From positions 504,752 to 568,751 of the forward strand of contig CBDCWQ010000023.1 in assembly GCA_965223435.1 (NCBI GenBank): a stretch of DNA of 64,000 nt, in the 5' to 3' direction. The stretch is from Myxococcota bacterium (GTDB taxonomy: Bacteria; Myxococcota; Kuafuiibacteriia; Kuafuiibacteriales; Kuafuiibacteriaceae). Positions 57,501-64,000 of this stretch are shown in pieces. The number at the start of each line of letters is the position of its first letter. The first letter of the stretch is position 1. A program made the translations under genes and the position numbers. The notes beneath the pieces were generated by a model. That model had not been told where the DNA came from. It worked only from the letters and a program-made list of their open reading frames with translations, and did not search any database.

Positions 57501-59235
57501 CTGGATTGCGAACTGGCTGATTATCCCAAAGTCGGTCTTGGAAGACAGCAATCGAGATTTTTTGGTCATCTATTTCGAGTGAGGGATTGTAGACCCACGC
57601 TTCTTCTTGGCGATACCGGTATGGGCCCATGGGCTCGTCGCTGCCCGGAGCGGGATCTAGTGCTCGGCTATACCGCTCAAGGGGGCGATCGGTGCAATAA
57701 CCGCAAGCCGAAACCTCGTCTTGACAGTCGGTGATATACACCCGGCGCTGCTCGACCACATCGGTATTTTTCGCACGTTTTTGGACATCAAAAACATTCT
57801 CGGGTGATCCCTCGAGATTCTTCAGGTAGTACACCTTGTGGGCCTCACCCCAGACGAGGTGCGACTGCAAGAGGCGATCGAATCCAACGTCTAGCCCTCG
57901 TTTCCATGAGGTACTGCTTGCGATCATTTGGGCAGGCTTAAAGCCCTGACCTTCGTTGTGGCTTTCACGAACCCACAACTCGCTCAAAGGCTCTTCTGTA
58001 TCCTCAGTTTGCTTCTGAATCCAAGACACGAGGACACGGTGCGCCAGGGCCGCAATTTTGACTTCGTTCACCACCCATCCCGAACCTGGGCGCGCCAGGG
58101 CCTGGGCGGGTTCGAAACTGCCCACCGCACCCGCTTTTTCGCTTCGATGGTATCGAACTTCGTCCCCGCCATGATCGGTGGCAAAGGCTGCGTGGGCCAG
58201 TGTTCGGTCCCCGACCGAAACCAACACAATGGCTGGCGAAGCCTGCGCCCGCCCCAGCTGCGCCACCACCCCCGGTGTTTCAAAGTCGCCCGGGCGGGTC
58301 TCGAAAGGCGCACTGCTCCGAACATGAATGGCCTCAGACGGAACCGACGGTGCGCTCTCCCCTTCTGGATGTTGGACCGTGGCGACGACAAAATAGGTCA
58401 CGCGTTCGTCCGGAGCCACCGGACCGTCTTCAAATACCCGGTCGCCCTCGACGGTGCCCCATACCTCTCCATTCCGAAAGATGCGGTAACGAAACACGCT
58501 CCCCGAGGGAATGGATGCGCCGTCTTCGAAAAGCAGCGGGGCTTCCCAGCTCAGGGTCACCTGGTCACCTCGCATGGCGGCTGAGAAAGCGCGGGGTGGC
58601 CTAGAGGCTTGGGGCGGGGAACGCTCTTCGCAAGGCGTCCGAAACGGCACGCCGGCCGCGTCCATATGAACAAAAAAGCCCGGGCCCTCCGGGAACCGTT
58701 GGCCGAATAGGATGGACTCGTATGCCTGCGCCTCCGCATTCCAGGCCACCGCCTGACTGAGCCCGGCCCCCCAGCAGGCTGGTTCTGTCGACCTCAACGC
58801 AAAGTTCCAGCCCTCCGAGTATTCTGCCGGAGCGGCCGCCTCGTTCACGGGTCCGCTCGTCACAAACTCAACGGCCTGCTTGGTGTAGACCCAGTAGCCC
58901 TTGGGGCCGTCGGTGCTTTCAGCCTCTGGATATTCGGCCTCAGTTGGGTGACCTGGAGCCTGTCCATCCTGGACCTCAAAAATTTTGAGTCCATGTTTCC
59001 GGACCATCAAATCATCCAGGCCATGGGGAAAAACCGCGAGGTTCCATCCGGGTAAGAAACGGTGGCGGTGCGTTTCGTTCGCGTGTACCATGTTTTGAGC
59101 CCCCTCTTGCCCAAAACCTTGGGAGGACCACAACATCCACCCCAGCCACCACGCAAGTTGTCCTGACTTTAGACCCATCCTCATCTCGCACTCCCTGTGT
59201 CGATCCGTACCCTTGCGAACCAACGCAAGAGCCAT
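48538..59235 (-). CDS. Giant (3565 aa) secreted multidomain protein with signal peptide, GWNL module, FN3, Asp-box/beta-propeller-like region, conserved central helical domain, a tandem retropepsin-like aspartic protease pseudo-dimer, and an HD-like domain. The likely start is an internal Met near 59181-59187.
   Basis: The signal peptide is MRMGLKSGQLAWWLGWMLWSSQGFG. The module RFLPGWNLAVFPHGL...GYWVYTKQAV...EGWNFALRS is followed by an FN3 (FRYRIFRNGEVWG...VTYFVVATV). The central domain is about 55% identical to the downstream paralog (RAWAYTQGIALAQF...ILGWPFSWNTDGDNWKDARLVTGANAWALHGLG; HYFQNAFRDPYIEPSELQESSFHLEATTGLILGL...VRDHGFPYSSQRIQDLSTLL). Two retropepsin-like lobes are present (DGQPVRLALSSGRGVSMIS with SSG in place of DTG; GLFDTGSPFSFMN with DTG intact). 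An HD-like motif follows (NGSHTSDV...AASFHDVEKE). Confidence 0.8.
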   Translation of the reverse strand: MALALVRKGTDRHRECEMRMGLKSGQLAWWLGWMLWSSQGFGQEGAQNMVHANETHRHRFLPGWNLAVFPHGLDDLMVRKHGLKIFEVQDGQAPGHPTEAEYPEAESTDGPKGYWVYTKQAVEFVTSGPVNEAAAPAEYSEGWNFALRSTEPACWGAGLSQAVAWNAEAQAYESILFGQRFPEGPGFFVHMDAAGVPFRTPCEERSPPQASRPPRAFSAAMRGDQVTLSWEAPLLFEDGASIPSGSVFRYRIFRNGEVWGTVEGDRVFEDGPVAPDERVTYFVVATVQHPEGESAPSVPSEAIHVRSSAPFETRPGDFETPGVVAQLGRAQASPAIVLVSVGDRTLAHAAFATDHGGDEVRYHRSEKAGAVGSFEPAQALARPGSGWVVNEVKIAALAHRVLVSWIQKQTEDTEEPLSELWVRESHNEGQGFKPAQMIASSTSWKRGLDVGFDRLLQSHLVWGEAHKVYYLKNLEGSPENVFDVQKRAKNTDVVEQRRVYITDCQDEVSACGYCTDRPLERYSRALDPAPGSDEPMGPYRYRQEEAWVYNPSLEIDDQKISIAVFQDRLWDNQPVRNPDWRGVLGPLVPPASPKTTNQGELSWCPEAHAHQKREGFLEVWQPHRTRPKRTPLDEEEVLRRQAEESQPERAHRYYHGEGKGRFYAYDGTVEHDKDWYYYLHDGRWHEEDQIKIAQRPLVAGAWSRATTQEVLQPVWPIERGLLEWTPVETQVEAGWRQDAWIGETYASWRILSLPPLPSHGRGPIVPRLTSGPDGLSLVYETRLGSAVTDPNPIYLAQATDGHHFGSPQKIAMGHLPTPAQSSDGDLAILFYGADPAQIRVARALGEGLFETTAISQKTPRPIYQGSTESDPPTPLYMPTFIAHETLFVAAWLRADERHGPTWVTSRASKDDQAVKLSVDLPEEIVQGRSTALTVTAKNKYDMRVAAEGTVRVSTGGGGGGQPGIESEALGQSIPLEALDVESDEKQSTMAGGLDVESDERQSTLAGGVDLQASVGSSQGLGAQAGVVDLELDQGQARLWTPFYDSSVALAVTSLDPEGPEGTTLVASTISGDAHGNYRRAKAARDRLLRPETKGNDANGLLQIEYEGDPENTDAPNEHIFREEEYQDARHLAGFKRAWAYTQGIALAQFSRSADPDDIARAQGLARSLCAHAVVGHDDTILGWPFSWNTDGDNWKDARLVTGANAWALHGLGQFLVSGAYQSLDAKDQPALLSCYHRSLRGLEEHRRAVQDAEGKVHTLMTAGWTTKGLRNAGAPHTLEADGQPLTTDPEEEWRYYSILDAIGYEDFSEDRVPTVERCRRSGSTCVAIEAHTLTASEHRMLQERVAATNIVTEHNLDVLSVLNHAITHAHPLQIDEPETLIAWRDALQTGIFTLLWDELGEKEDLRVALGHPGVDPAKRRRIEAALESENLGRVITGGTLLLVEHAHAFDASRHVAIDNCSWLSLSVNYDDPAFGQAFEDKLARCLEYTELQFAKMLQFGTRYYYGTHYFQNAFRDPYIEPSELQESSFHLEATTGLILGLLKFADARPDHPKSGLFRDQALALWGGVQAFVRDHGFPYSSQRIQDLSTLLLSSTAAIWFIDVYDYLNPESANVRASLVFDGAEEAITLHPEGVTTPVFGTDALVRLGGAQVAIHAARSGLRQVWDDLVKLFPGLKTALSIGPEYTGAVVGGVSVSAIAAWLTFEHQPWTGIARLYHTPDPQFWELKGYISPSDVLALGPIPANEAAIRDKGFSVTWIKDGLKTGSVRFEEDKLYGLLLPKLDGGLASFPFDVPSHLLRPNDMVPVYELTVDKDQEFEVFYGQHPIWRWALEQTKGMDEVGRLGFLQDIKGLIVMSGPPPSGPFKPYPVPRGGRWWVTPTTVADQAGNRFPQHHFSGRGMSSALLKTKSGHLVVPFIYDGQPVRLALSSGRGVSMISQDAVKRLEEGARKSGSSIVPQEEKLIDSTVVHLNRVEMGATPFKLSLLLVDDVPSDIDGYLGADFLQNFVTEIKPNEETVVFYPRDTTQTPNYQDLAEARLELFKGQTKVFPELSGKPLAGLFDTGSPFSFMNTKAANLAPATGQVYGVRTFDEIRLGQTVFKNPSAVVVDSPTYEMFASKDSPAMIIGMNILKDRRIIVDYENGIFIGEAEGPNGGTESRTLVTSEPSGQTKDPVVLQSFVAPQGIPGKTAEEVLHQYHFGMTEQAQRAWSKTATKEDQTMLLNAESLVVSKSYEAYRKLIGRGAPPASLKPEIFINGSKADVLPDGTQPPELSMNPLEQAAFWSKLPEWSEQHVLNLKGHGPASQTIEQLESWRLHSRYGLGITSKVEFTATYEDGHVVSIHWKEANSSGVGIEWSDSDQLWAPGVMAGLSDHEIVRNEQSLQGTLAESYRHSATLDERYRVREAQERVFLEQYSAYRKVIGRDAPKAFVTGRVKTNELGITIPPVPDMPTTPILQERWLFGDPGHEAFKKWEEKILNALGGRNSLPDPVHGLVDYWHPQQFSMGLATGLLWTLKLANGKKAEVVWDEESSVGPRVPIESVSLVSSGAKALWAPGVVAGTTDEEIVVNYASLSGNLSQLHTQNASFWEWKRLREAEGRFVWKEFLEEEWYKTHTEEPPSVIKPRVIKNTTPRPVPNPPSMMLYPTEQDDWAYKDLPEWSKKFLQKPAESVFVDAKRTWVKDYRPDHVQTSLGVATDMEWKALFTDGEIVIRWSAEDPQATGVTETSKPIRETGLPAKLGLVPNGSQEVELPTSLDSYPVVLKDGISEDSLHQNALKLKKNLVVLHGEFALSPRVVVPGERLASLNRGKKGLHIEQAAHVEDGPVGAFVQSLLKEASDSQLFIKIIDKFRNLAWYEENGLLATKNLPPQNMLYHGKAKLSQAQLRKKAILHQRDIVLFYSPEVNTFYATFFPHGPRAIRYEELRRLDEDFEYVGIAAYQADGDTRSSLELVLDSVDQLRGRKVNKTAGLSVTPANPLKSSDAYDQRTLVFSADKQLLSGWLFTSQQPFEPDKIFVLSEADSAHDMVQIKSSGSASDRFALIRASDLSLARAALALPFSITDYAFFVFNNPALANDVREHELRVQKAIEPHLSGESSFAVLATAYPPQKEPVYESTFSQDARLSSGPKPAKAKFPDEQTSAQVLALRRKYADQAREAGLSEIKAKYQKAPNPRANLNYHNGSHTSDVIQNGGKLLEVVRPHAPKTVTDSYALLYIVAASFHDVEKESHYDSSTGQRVDHSGQNEIDSAKHAREFMEQANKNEIVEVYSETDIRLVEEAILATETKVDGTTITLPNLTPQSSLLARILVITDLGVAFMNKPLNHFVEQSNLFFAELHTDIFRASPYLSDAQKKDYLTAMRGWQPRQNDFLTGFEHVLAEQTKFFPPDAVPEVSALFDVAKQKEGADVAALERSRMTDQPVLLAEDMDLDRMVRALTLETDIEGAIKRGRFESHTLDAKLVAHFITQPYEEPTAFFSVADGKLTPYKAFDLPVQPKKKFYVSTRLTSTEEVLADIEGVPGMQYAVYRTRDGIEVISNPASFGPKTPGPSFKGIDGTIWQVARIKLDNLNH

Positions 59236-59599
59236 GGGTTCACGACACTCCGCAAGCTAACGAACCCCCGAAGTGCCAAACCGCCCCGTCACGCGCCCAC
59301 GACAGGCGCCAACAAGGTTGCGGTTATGCCTAAACACCCACAAGCGACCTGTCAAGCAACCGACGCCTCGGCACAGAGAAAATCAAGAACCAACGCCCGC
59401 TTGAAGCCCTTCCGTAACCCGCACCACCCCACAAGGAGTTGAACCACTCGGGACGCTGGTTTTCGGTCCGATCGACATCGGGTTATTCCCCCCACCCCCC
59501 CAAAAAAAAAGCTCTAGCAGGCCATCGGAATAAGACGAATTTGAATTTCTGTTTCTGTCCTCTGTCCCCTGTCGCCAGTTCTCGTGCGTTGTTCACCGG

Positions 59600-60780
59600 T
59601 GCCTGATGCCCGGTTTTGCCGCGCCTTGGCCCTCCTTGTAAACCATCAGGAGAACGAGGGCGCCCATTTGGCGATCCGAAGCAGGTTGTACGCGGCGCCG
59701 GCCATGTAAGCCAGGAGTTGATTCTTGGCGCGCCCCTTGAACCGCGTTTTGCGAAGCCCCCCGACGCACTTGAGCCACCCGAAGATCTGCTCGGAGCGCT
59801 TGCGAATCCTCTGGCTCGCCGAGTAGCCACAGTGGCGGGTGGTCCGGCGATCCACGACAGAGTACTTTTTCGATGCGACATGCGGTGTGATACCGCGATT
59901 TCGGCAGTTCTCCACGAAGTCTTTCGTAGCATATCCCGCATCAGCCCCCAGTGTTGGCTGACTCGAGTTGATGGTGCGAGCTATCATGACCAGCGCTGAA
60001 TCTCGCTCGGAGCGCCCCGTGGGTGAGGAGACCAAGATGTCCGCGATGAGCCCGTTTCGATTCTCCATGAGTGCGTGGGCCATAAAGCTCATCCGGGCTT
60101 CTTTGCCATAGCCCTTTCGATAGAGCTTTGCCTCTGGGTCGGTTTTAGATTCGTGCGTCTGGTTGGAACGCCTCTCCCCCCGAAAGCCCGACCAAGAATT
60201 GGAATCGAGGTCGTCATCATCCTTCGAGCGAAAGCTCTTCAAAGAGGCCCAAGCTTCAATAAGCGTGCTATCAACAGAAAAGTGTTCTGTGCTCATCCGT
60301 CGGCCTTTTCTTGCCTGGTTTCGTACCGTGCGGAAGAATTTGCCTGCCGCATCATGTTTTAACAGGCGTTCTCAATTATCCGAGAACGAACAGTGATCAA
60401 AGACGGGTTCCGTCATGTCCATATCGAGAAACCAACGAAACAGCATATTGTACTGGAGTTGTTCGCAGAACTGGATCTCGCTTCGAATCGAATAGAGCGC
60501 CATCAACAGCATCCCCTTCAGCAATCGCTCCGGAGGAACCGAGGGACGTCCATGTTTCGCATACATCCGGCCCAGGCTCGACGATAGCTTCTTCAGAGAG
60601 TCATCTGTGAGTCGTTTGATCGAGCGAAGTGGATGGTTCTCTGGAATTCGTTCCTCGACGTTGATCAGACACAGCATCGAGACTTGTTTCGGTTGGCGTC
60701 CGCGCATGCATCCATTTTTCATTTTTTCAGCGTTTTCGAAGCAAGTCGATCCTCGAAACGAATTTCGAACGAATCTCCTG
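59600..60780 (-). mobile_element. IS5-family insertion sequence remnant. The ends are approximate because terminal inverted repeats were not confidently identified.
   Basis: The extent is defined by the transposase pseudogene. A C7-A-C8-A9 homopolymer tract followed by gctctag lies at about 59487-59518 just outside it and may mark the insertion junction. Confidence 0.35.
59646..60722 (-). pseudogene. IS5-family (DDE, IS1182/IS5-like) transposase interrupted by a single in-frame TGA. The ORFs are 60372..60722 (N-terminal, DUF772-like) and 59646..60296 (DDE domain), in the same frame.
   Basis: The N-terminal ORF reads PENHPLRSIKRLTDDSLKKLSSSL...LMALYSIRSEIQFCEQLQYNMLFRWFLDMDMTEPVFDHCSFSDN, then TGA. 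The same frame continues ERLLKHDAAGKFFRTVRNQARKGRRMSTEHFSVDSTLIEAWASLKSF...GADAGYATKDFVENCRNRGITPHVAS...GRAKNQLLAYMAGAAYNLLRIAKW. The stop lies where IS5-family transposases read ...FSKNRERL..., consistent with CGA to TGA. Confidence 0.7.
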
Positions 60781-60860
60781 GCAAAGAACGGACGACCTCG
60801 TCAAAACATCATCTATGAAAGGCGACAATATTGCTGACCGACTTCAGAACTTCGTAACCT

Positions 60861-61370
60861 GTGCACAGACGGGCCCACGACAATTTCGGTGAGCCGCCCC
60901 ATATTTGCCTTTGGCTGGCAAAAGCACCAGCAAGGAGGCAAAGATCAGTGACACAGAGAAAAGTTGGGCGTGGTTCCCAGGCTTCGGGCCGTGGCTCTAG
61001 GCGGCGCGGGGTTAGGGAGTCCCGGTTGGAGGGGATTCATCAGTGTTTCGAGGTCTTTCGTCGGGCCCACCGACCTGGCACCCGAATCCCAAACGACCTA
61101 CGGACGGCTACGCTGGAAGCGATGCGACAAGGCTTGAGTCGGGCCGAGGTGCGCCGCGTCTGCGGGGTGTCCTCGCAGCAACTCGATGCCTGGGAAAAAC
61201 GTGACGAGGCTGGCGCAATGAAAGCCGAGACGCGGAGGGTAGCGGCGCGCATGTTTAGCGTCGTGGATGACGACGACATTTCGGTGACGAGTGATGACCC
61301 GCCGGTGTTGGAGCTCCGTCTCCAAGGCTGGTCGGTGGCCCTTCGACGATCCGACAACGGAGTCTCCTAA
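60861..61370 (+). CDS. tnpA: IS66-family accessory protein TnpA-like (HTH). The N-terminal extent is uncertain and the true start may be internal.
   Basis: The C-terminal half has a TnpA-type HTH (TATLEAMRQGLSRAEVRRVCGVSSQQLDAWEKR). It lies directly upstream of tnpB with a 1-2 nt spacer, as in the IS66 layout. Confidence 0.5.
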   Translation: MHRRAHDNFGEPPHICLWLAKAPARRQRSVTQRKVGRGSQASGRGSRRRGVRESRLEGIHQCFEVFRRAHRPGTRIPNDLRTATLEAMRQGLSRAEVRRVCGVSSQQLDAWEKRDEAGAMKAETRRVAARMFSVVDDDDISVTSDDPPVLELRLQGWSVALRRSDNGVS

Positions 61371-61371
61371 T

Positions 61372-61740
61372 ATGTTGCCGGTCGCAATTCGGCGGGTCTT
61401 CATGGCTCAGCACCGCGTGGACTTTCGTAAGCAGCTCAACGGGCTTCTCGGCGAAGCGTATCGCTTAGGCGCAAATCCTTACGACGGTGACTGCGTCTTG
61501 TTCGTAAAAAAGGACCACCGACAGCTTCGAGCTCTTGTGGGTGAACGCGTGGGTCTGTACCTCGTCAGTCGTCGCTTTGAAGGGGGCCGTCTTCGAACGC
61601 TTGTTCGGTTCGCGGAAGAAGCCTCCCGCACATCGATCTCGACGGCGGAGCTCTCGCTTCTCCTCGAAGGCGCGACCTTCACGGTGCACAAACGCGCCCG
61701 CCGCTGTTTTGACAGCAAGACCCGTCATCCGACGGTTTAA
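61372..61740 (+). CDS. tnpB: IS66-family TnpB (Orf2)
   Basis: The protein MLPVAIRRVFMAQHRVDFRKQLNGLLGEAYRLGANPYDGDCVLFVKKDHRQLRALVGERVGLYLVSRRFEGGRL matches the IS66 Orf2 pattern (vdmRk..ngL..lv......p..G..fvF.n.r.d.ikiL.wd..G..l..krle.g.f). The ORF-track frame opens at 61291; the ATG at 61372 follows the tnpA stop. Confidence 0.75.
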   Translation: MLPVAIRRVFMAQHRVDFRKQLNGLLGEAYRLGANPYDGDCVLFVKKDHRQLRALVGERVGLYLVSRRFEGGRLRTLVRFAEEASRTSISTAELSLLLEGATFTVHKRARRCFDSKTRHPTV

Positions 61741-61744
61741 AAAA

Positions 61745-63868
61745 GCGTTGACACACAGATCGAGTCACGATCTTAGACTCAAGGTGGGCCAAAACGAAGT
61801 TGGCAAACTCAGCGAGGAAGAGCGTAAAGACGCTGCCCATTGGCTGGGGGGGCAGCTTAAATCCGCGCCGTCATCCTTTCGTCCCTTGCTAGAGATCATT
61901 CTCAAGCAGCTGATTTCGGGGCAAGGGTCGTCCCAGAAATATCGCACCTATACTCGGGAGCTCGGTCGAGCGCTGGGCATCATCCCATCGAGTGAAAAGC
62001 GTAAGAGTGGTGACCCTCTCCAAGGTTTGGTCTCCTCTTCGAAATGCGTGTTCTCCGAGCCGCGCGAACGACTCTTACAGCAACGAGATCGAAGTCGTGC
62101 CTTGGCCGCTCGGTACACAGACTTGCAGCACAGACATGAGACCAAAGCCGAGAAAATAGAGAAAAAGCTAGCCAAGGTGGCTACGTCGTCAGAACGGCCG
62201 CAAGAGGTTTCCATGGACGTCCCAGTAGAAGAAATTCAGCTTTCCGAAGAGGCCAAGGCTAAATCAGCGGCAAGTGTCGAGCTGCTTGTCGAGCATTTAG
62301 AACGCGGCGATGGAGAAGAATCGCCGGCCCTCCAATCTTCGACCGAGACGCTGATGAACAGCAGCTTCGTGTCGCCCGCAGAGGAAGCGCTCCATCTGCC
62401 CGCCCATCTTCCCGAAAATCTGGTCGATGAGACGGTTGTCCAGACCTTGAGTGAGCCTCGGGTCCGCTATGACTTTTCGGTTTCCGTGACGCGCATTCAT
62501 TTGGATGTAGAGAAGAAGATCATCGAGACAAAAGACGGTGAGCGTCGGGTTGTTTCTGCGTCGACGGCTGAAATTGGTCCGGCGCGTTATTCAGTCACCT
62601 GGTCGGCGCTGGCTACGCTGGCCGTGATGGTGGGCCAGTACGCGATGCCTCTCAATCGTTTAGCCAAGATGCTCACGACGGCGGGCAAGCGCTTTACCGC
62701 CGGTGGTCTGGGCCGAATGGCGCACTACGTGGCGGGACGCTTTGTCCCCATCTACCTGAAGCTTTCGGAGCAGCTCGCTGATGCTTCGATTTTGGCTGGG
62801 GATGATACCTCATGCCGGGTTTTGGAGGTGTCCACGCACTTTAGAAAGCAAGAACGAGCGGAAAAGCCTCCGCCCTGGGCACCCCATCGCACCACCTGCG
62901 CCGCCGAACGCAGTTACACATCGTGCATGAAAGCGAGAGCCGCACTCTTCGAGAAACGACAACAGGGGGACCGCACCGCGAAACAGGCACCCATTCCGGA
63001 GCCCTCTCTTAGTGTTTTGGTCGGCAGAAAATTCGATTTCGAGTCTAAGAAGCGAAACGGCAAAGAAGTCAAAGAAGCTTTACACACTACGGTCATCACC
63101 GGAAAAAGCGATGACGACGACCCCCAGAGTATGATCATCTTCTATCGGAGCCACCTCGGAAGCTTTGGCAATCTTCTCGAAATGTTGCTTAAGAAGAGGA
63201 AACCTAGCGCCCGAGAACGCACCATTCAAGCCGACCTCAGCAGTACGAACTTTGTCACCGACCCAAAGCTCACCGGTCACTTCCACATCCATCTGGCTGG
63301 ATGTAGCGCCCATGCGCGGCGGCCCTTTGCCTTGTACGAAGAGGACGACCCCACGCATGCGGCTTATATGCTGCATCTCTTCAAAGGATTGGCCCTCCAC
63401 GAGCATCTTTTGGACTGTCATGGCCGGAACTACGACAACGTCTTGGCAGTACGGGACACGGACATTCGCGAGATCTGGGGGGCCATTAAAAATCTCGCGA
63501 CCAAGATGGCAAAGCGCTGGTCCAAGGCCACCCCTCTAGGTACCGGCGCCCGATATATTCTTAAACACTTTGAGAAACTCACTGCCTACCTAAAAGAACC
63601 TCGACTCGAAGCGACAAACAACCTGAGCGAACGATTGCTGAGAACAGAGAAGCTCATCGAGAAGAGCGCACTCTTCCGACGCACGATGGAGGGCCGCGTC
63701 GTTCTTGATATCTTGCGCACGATCCTGCAGACCGCTGTTGCCGCCAAGGTGCCAATACAAGAATACTTGGTGGACATCATGAAAGCCGACCCCGAGGCGA
63801 TCAAAGCTCATCCGGAGCACTACACACCCCATGCTTGGGCTGCTCGTCGCCTACCACCACCAATGTAG
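61745..63868 (+). CDS. tnpC: IS66-family transposase TnpC (DDE_Tnp_IS66). The start is approximate: TTG at about 61745 after the tnpB stop, while the ORF-track frame opens at 61535 and overlaps tnpB.
   Basis: The DDE region reads YSVTWSALATLAVMVGQYAMPLNRLAKMLTTAGKRFTAGGLGRMAHYVAGRFVPIYLKLSEQLADASILAGDDTSCRVLE. The C-terminal motifs are HIHLAGCSAHARRPFALYEED and CHGRNYDNVLAVRDTDIREIWG (zinc-binding region). Confidence 0.75.
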   Translation, partial: ALTHRSSHDLRLKVGQNEVGKLSEEERKDAAHWLGGQLKSAPSSFRPLLEIILKQLISGQGSSQKYRTYTRELGRALGIIPSSEKRKSGDPLQGLVSSSKCVFSEPRERLLQQRDRSRALAARYTDLQHRHETKAEKIEKKLAKVATSSERPQEVSMDVPVEEIQLSEEAKAKSAASVELLVEHLERGDGEESPALQSSTETLMNSSFVSPAEEALHLPAHLPENLVDETVVQTLSEPRVRYDFSVSVTRIHLDVEKKIIETKDGERRVVSASTAEIGPARYSVTWSALATLAVMVGQYAMPLNRLAKMLTTAGKRFTAGGLGRMAHYVAGRFVPIYLKLSEQLADASILAGDDTSCRVLEVSTHFRKQERAEKPPPWAPHRTTCAAERSYTSCMKARAALFEKRQQGDRTAKQAPIPEPSLSVLVGRKFDFESKKRNGKEVKEALHTTVITGKSDDDDPQSMIIFYRSHLGSFGNLLEMLLKKRKPSARERTIQADLSSTNFVTDPKLTGHFHIHLAGCSAHARRPFALYEEDDPTHAAYMLHLFKGLALHEHLLDCHGRNYDNVLAVRDTDIREIWGAIKNLATKMAKRWSKATPLGTGARYILKHFEKLTAYLKEPRLEATNNLSERLLRTEKLIEKSALFRRTMEGRVVLDILRTILQTAVAAKVPIQEYLVDIMKADPEAIKAHPEHYTPHAWAARRLPPPM

Positions 63869-64000
63869 CTCGGCACGAGATTCGCCTCCAGGCAGAACTG
63901 AGCGTGACAGCCTCGGCTCCCGCCCAAACCACGGCAAAAGCCCAGATCTTCACGGCTGCTCAGGTACAGCCCAACAGGCGCTGAACCCAACGGGCCTCAA

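Larger units (their letters stand above)
60800..64000 (+). mobile_element. IS66-family insertion sequence (tnpA-tnpB-tnpC). The ends are approximate and the right end may lie at or beyond the window edge.
   Basis: The canonical three-ORF IS66 gene order is present. Inverted repeats were not confidently identified by eye. Confidence 0.45.

Noticed and set aside
59483-59999. ORFs 59483..59941(-) and 59616..59999(+) overlapping the IS5 transposase C-terminal ORF
   Set aside because: They are out-of-frame or antisense overlaps of the DDE transposase coding region.
59519-60860. Attempt to define IS5 terminal inverted repeats (GGAATAAGACGAATTTGAATTTCTG on the left; CGAAACGAATTTCGAACGAATCTCC on the right)
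   Set aside because: The two flanks share a direct, not inverted, resemblance. No convincing inverted repeat or target-site duplication could be established by eye, so the boundaries are left approximate.
1-64000. CRISPR arrays, rRNA genes, prophage structural genes, integrases
   Set aside because: No short regularly spaced direct repeats were seen. No rRNA-like conserved stretches were seen. No capsid, terminase or tail ORFs or tyrosine/serine recombinases were found. The only mobile genes are the IS5 and IS66 transposases.

Overview
The window is high-GC bacterial chromosomal DNA (roughly 60-65% by eye). The many Cys-rich secreted proteins and giant secreted ORFs suggest a Myxococcota- or Bradymonadota-like predatory delta-type bacterium; this is inference only.

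Left to right, the core and accessory genes are:
- a 5'-partial secreted repeat protein with a beta-jellyroll C-terminus
- a HEAT-repeat gene split by a poly-G frameshift
- a Phd/YefM-ParE/RelE toxin-antitoxin pair
- a LamG-domain secreted protein
- purF, divergent from an orphan HisKA_3 sensor kinase
- tRNA-Leu(TAA)
- a CpsB-like PHP phosphatase, a flippase-like membrane protein and two small proteins
- tRNA-Met(CAT), an alpha/beta hydrolase and tRNA-Leu(CAG)

Immediately abutting tRNA-Leu(CAG) is a 2440-aa lipoprotein RHS/YD-repeat polymorphic toxin with a C-terminal class-3 lipase domain. It has no visible PAAR/VgrG or immunity gene.

Next come a sodium:solute symporter, a GH16-like lipoprotein and a Cys-rich M23 peptidase.

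Two regions stand out. The first is a three-gene operon: a NfeD/YqiJ-like membrane protein carrying a 12-nt (AEGx) tandem repeat, a 694-aa flotillin, and an 1829-aa MoxR/dynein-like AAA+ protein with a proline-rich tail. The second is a 22-kb block of two tandem giant paralogous secreted proteins of about 3.2k and 3.6k aa. They share an N-terminal GWNL module that also occurs in the LamG protein. Both have an FN3, an Asp-box region and a conserved central helical domain. Their C-termini differ: one is subtilase-like, the other has a retropepsin-like pseudo-dimer plus an HD-like domain.

The downstream paralog is broken into three ORFs by two 1-nt homopolymer indels. Together with the G7 frameshift at 1712, this may mean the assembly carries homopolymer errors.

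The block is capped by an IS5-family transposase with an in-frame TGA and an IS66-family element (tnpA-tnpB-tnpC). No CRISPR, rRNA or prophage structural genes were seen.
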